A stretch of DNA of 63,996 nt, filler included, from Lenisia limosa (lineage: Eukaryota; Protista; Breviatea): assembly GCA_001655205.1 (NCBI GenBank). It is 9 parts of 9 records of this genome, joined end to end, with 100 filler letters (N's around TTAATTAATTAA, not from the genome) between each part and the next. Parts side by side here need not be neighbours in the genome. Positions count along the whole stretch, not along the records: positions 62,879 to 63,996 come from LPNZ01006838.1; 8 more parts are not named here. The stretch is one strand, 5' to 3'. Positions 63,089-63,996 of this stretch are shown piece by piece. A model generated the notes under the pieces. The model was not told the DNA's origin and ran no database searches. It worked only from the letters and a program-made list of their open reading frames with translations. The first letter of the stretch is position 1; each line of letters opens with the position of its first letter. A program made the translations under genes and the position numbers.

Positions 63089-63850
63089 GTATTAAGAAGT
63101 CGCATTTTGACGTGATTATCGTTGATGAGGCAGCTCAGTGCTTAGAAACAGACGTTCATCAGGCCCTACAGTGGGAGTGTATAATATAGCTTTTCTTAAC
63201 AATGACTTAATCCAGATTTGTCGGCCCTGTCACCAGAGTCATGATCTTGGGAGACCATCTGCAAACAGTTCCGACCCTCATGTCAGGTACGTGCTGACTA
63301 ATTTTGACATCTACTTGTGTTCTCTAATATGTCTGCTCTGAAGCTTTCATACTTCTTCTGATTAAAAATATTGTGACTGAATGCAATACTTAATTAAGTC
63401 TGTGATTTCTGTCTTCTATAAAGCTGCTAATATCTATTATACTATATGACATGCATATTCATGTTTCTAGTTAACTTGGTTTTGTTTTACGTTTGACAAT
63501 TTGGATTAATTTTGCCAGAGCATGCTACCAAGCTTGGATTGGGACAATCAATCATTTCACGAATGGTGGAGTTAGACTTCTACAAGCAACCTACAACGAA
63601 ACATTATTTCGTTCCTCTGGTATGGAACTATTTTGTATAACTAGTGCTCTCCAATTAAAACTCACAAAACAATTCATATTGTATATTCCTCTGTTTCAAG
63701 AAATGTTGAATAAACCATACTTACCCCATATATCTGATTTCCACAGGTTCAGAACTACCGATCAGTCCCCCCAATTGTATCCCTACTCTCGCAGCTGGTT
63801 TATGAAAACAAACTTGTCCCTGTTGTCGAACCGATGTTCGTTGCAACGGT
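63089..63850 (+). CDS. Superfamily-1B (UPF1/IGHMBP2/senataxin-type) helicase, internal fragment
   Basis: FDVIIVDEAAQ (motif II), VMILGDHLQTVP (motif III), LGQSIISRM, VQNYRSVPPIVSLLSQLVYENKL. Confidence 0.88.
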
Positions 63851-63996
63851 AATTTGCTTTAGTTCTTGTTGATTATACATATTACACAAATACCACCAAA
63901 CGATGCTAAACAATTTCGAATAGTATCGTTTCTTCATTTTAGGCCATTTTACATCAAATTTACATATTAATCTCAATGAGTGCTTTTTGTGTTGTA

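Overview
Draft assembly of an intron-rich unicellular eukaryote; the lineage cannot be fixed from this window. It is not one locus. Eight artificial spacers (44 N + TTAATTAATTAA + 44 N) join nine unrelated fragments (1-1297, 1398-3503, 3604-5434, 5535-18273, 18374-23436, 23537-29816, 29917-31751, 31852-62778, 62879-63996), and many internal N gaps abut poly-G/poly-C tracts. Recognisable spliced genes: CDC16/APC6, CTF18 (N-terminal part), an EamA/DMT transporter, a PHD-finger protein, a WD40/Pro-rich protein, an ankyrin-MYND protein, RACK1, RNA polymerase I/III subunit AC40 (3' end), a Lys/Glu-rich protein, beta-tubulin, a short-form RNase Z, a long coiled-coil protein, a claudin-like membrane protein, a large ankyrin-PH-ankyrin-acidic-tail protein and a UPF1/IGHMBP2-type helicase fragment. 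Mobile DNA: a degenerate P-element-like transposase, about ten hAT-type MITEs (8-bp target-site duplications visible) and an ~75-bp dispersed repeat found almost only in the sense strand of introns. The standout observation is that the otherwise intact RACK1 ORF can be rebuilt only by removing two tiny introns (26 and 23 nt) that start with GT but end in TG and GG instead of AG. All gene models are manual readings without RNA data, and outer coordinates are approximate unless exon ends are stated.
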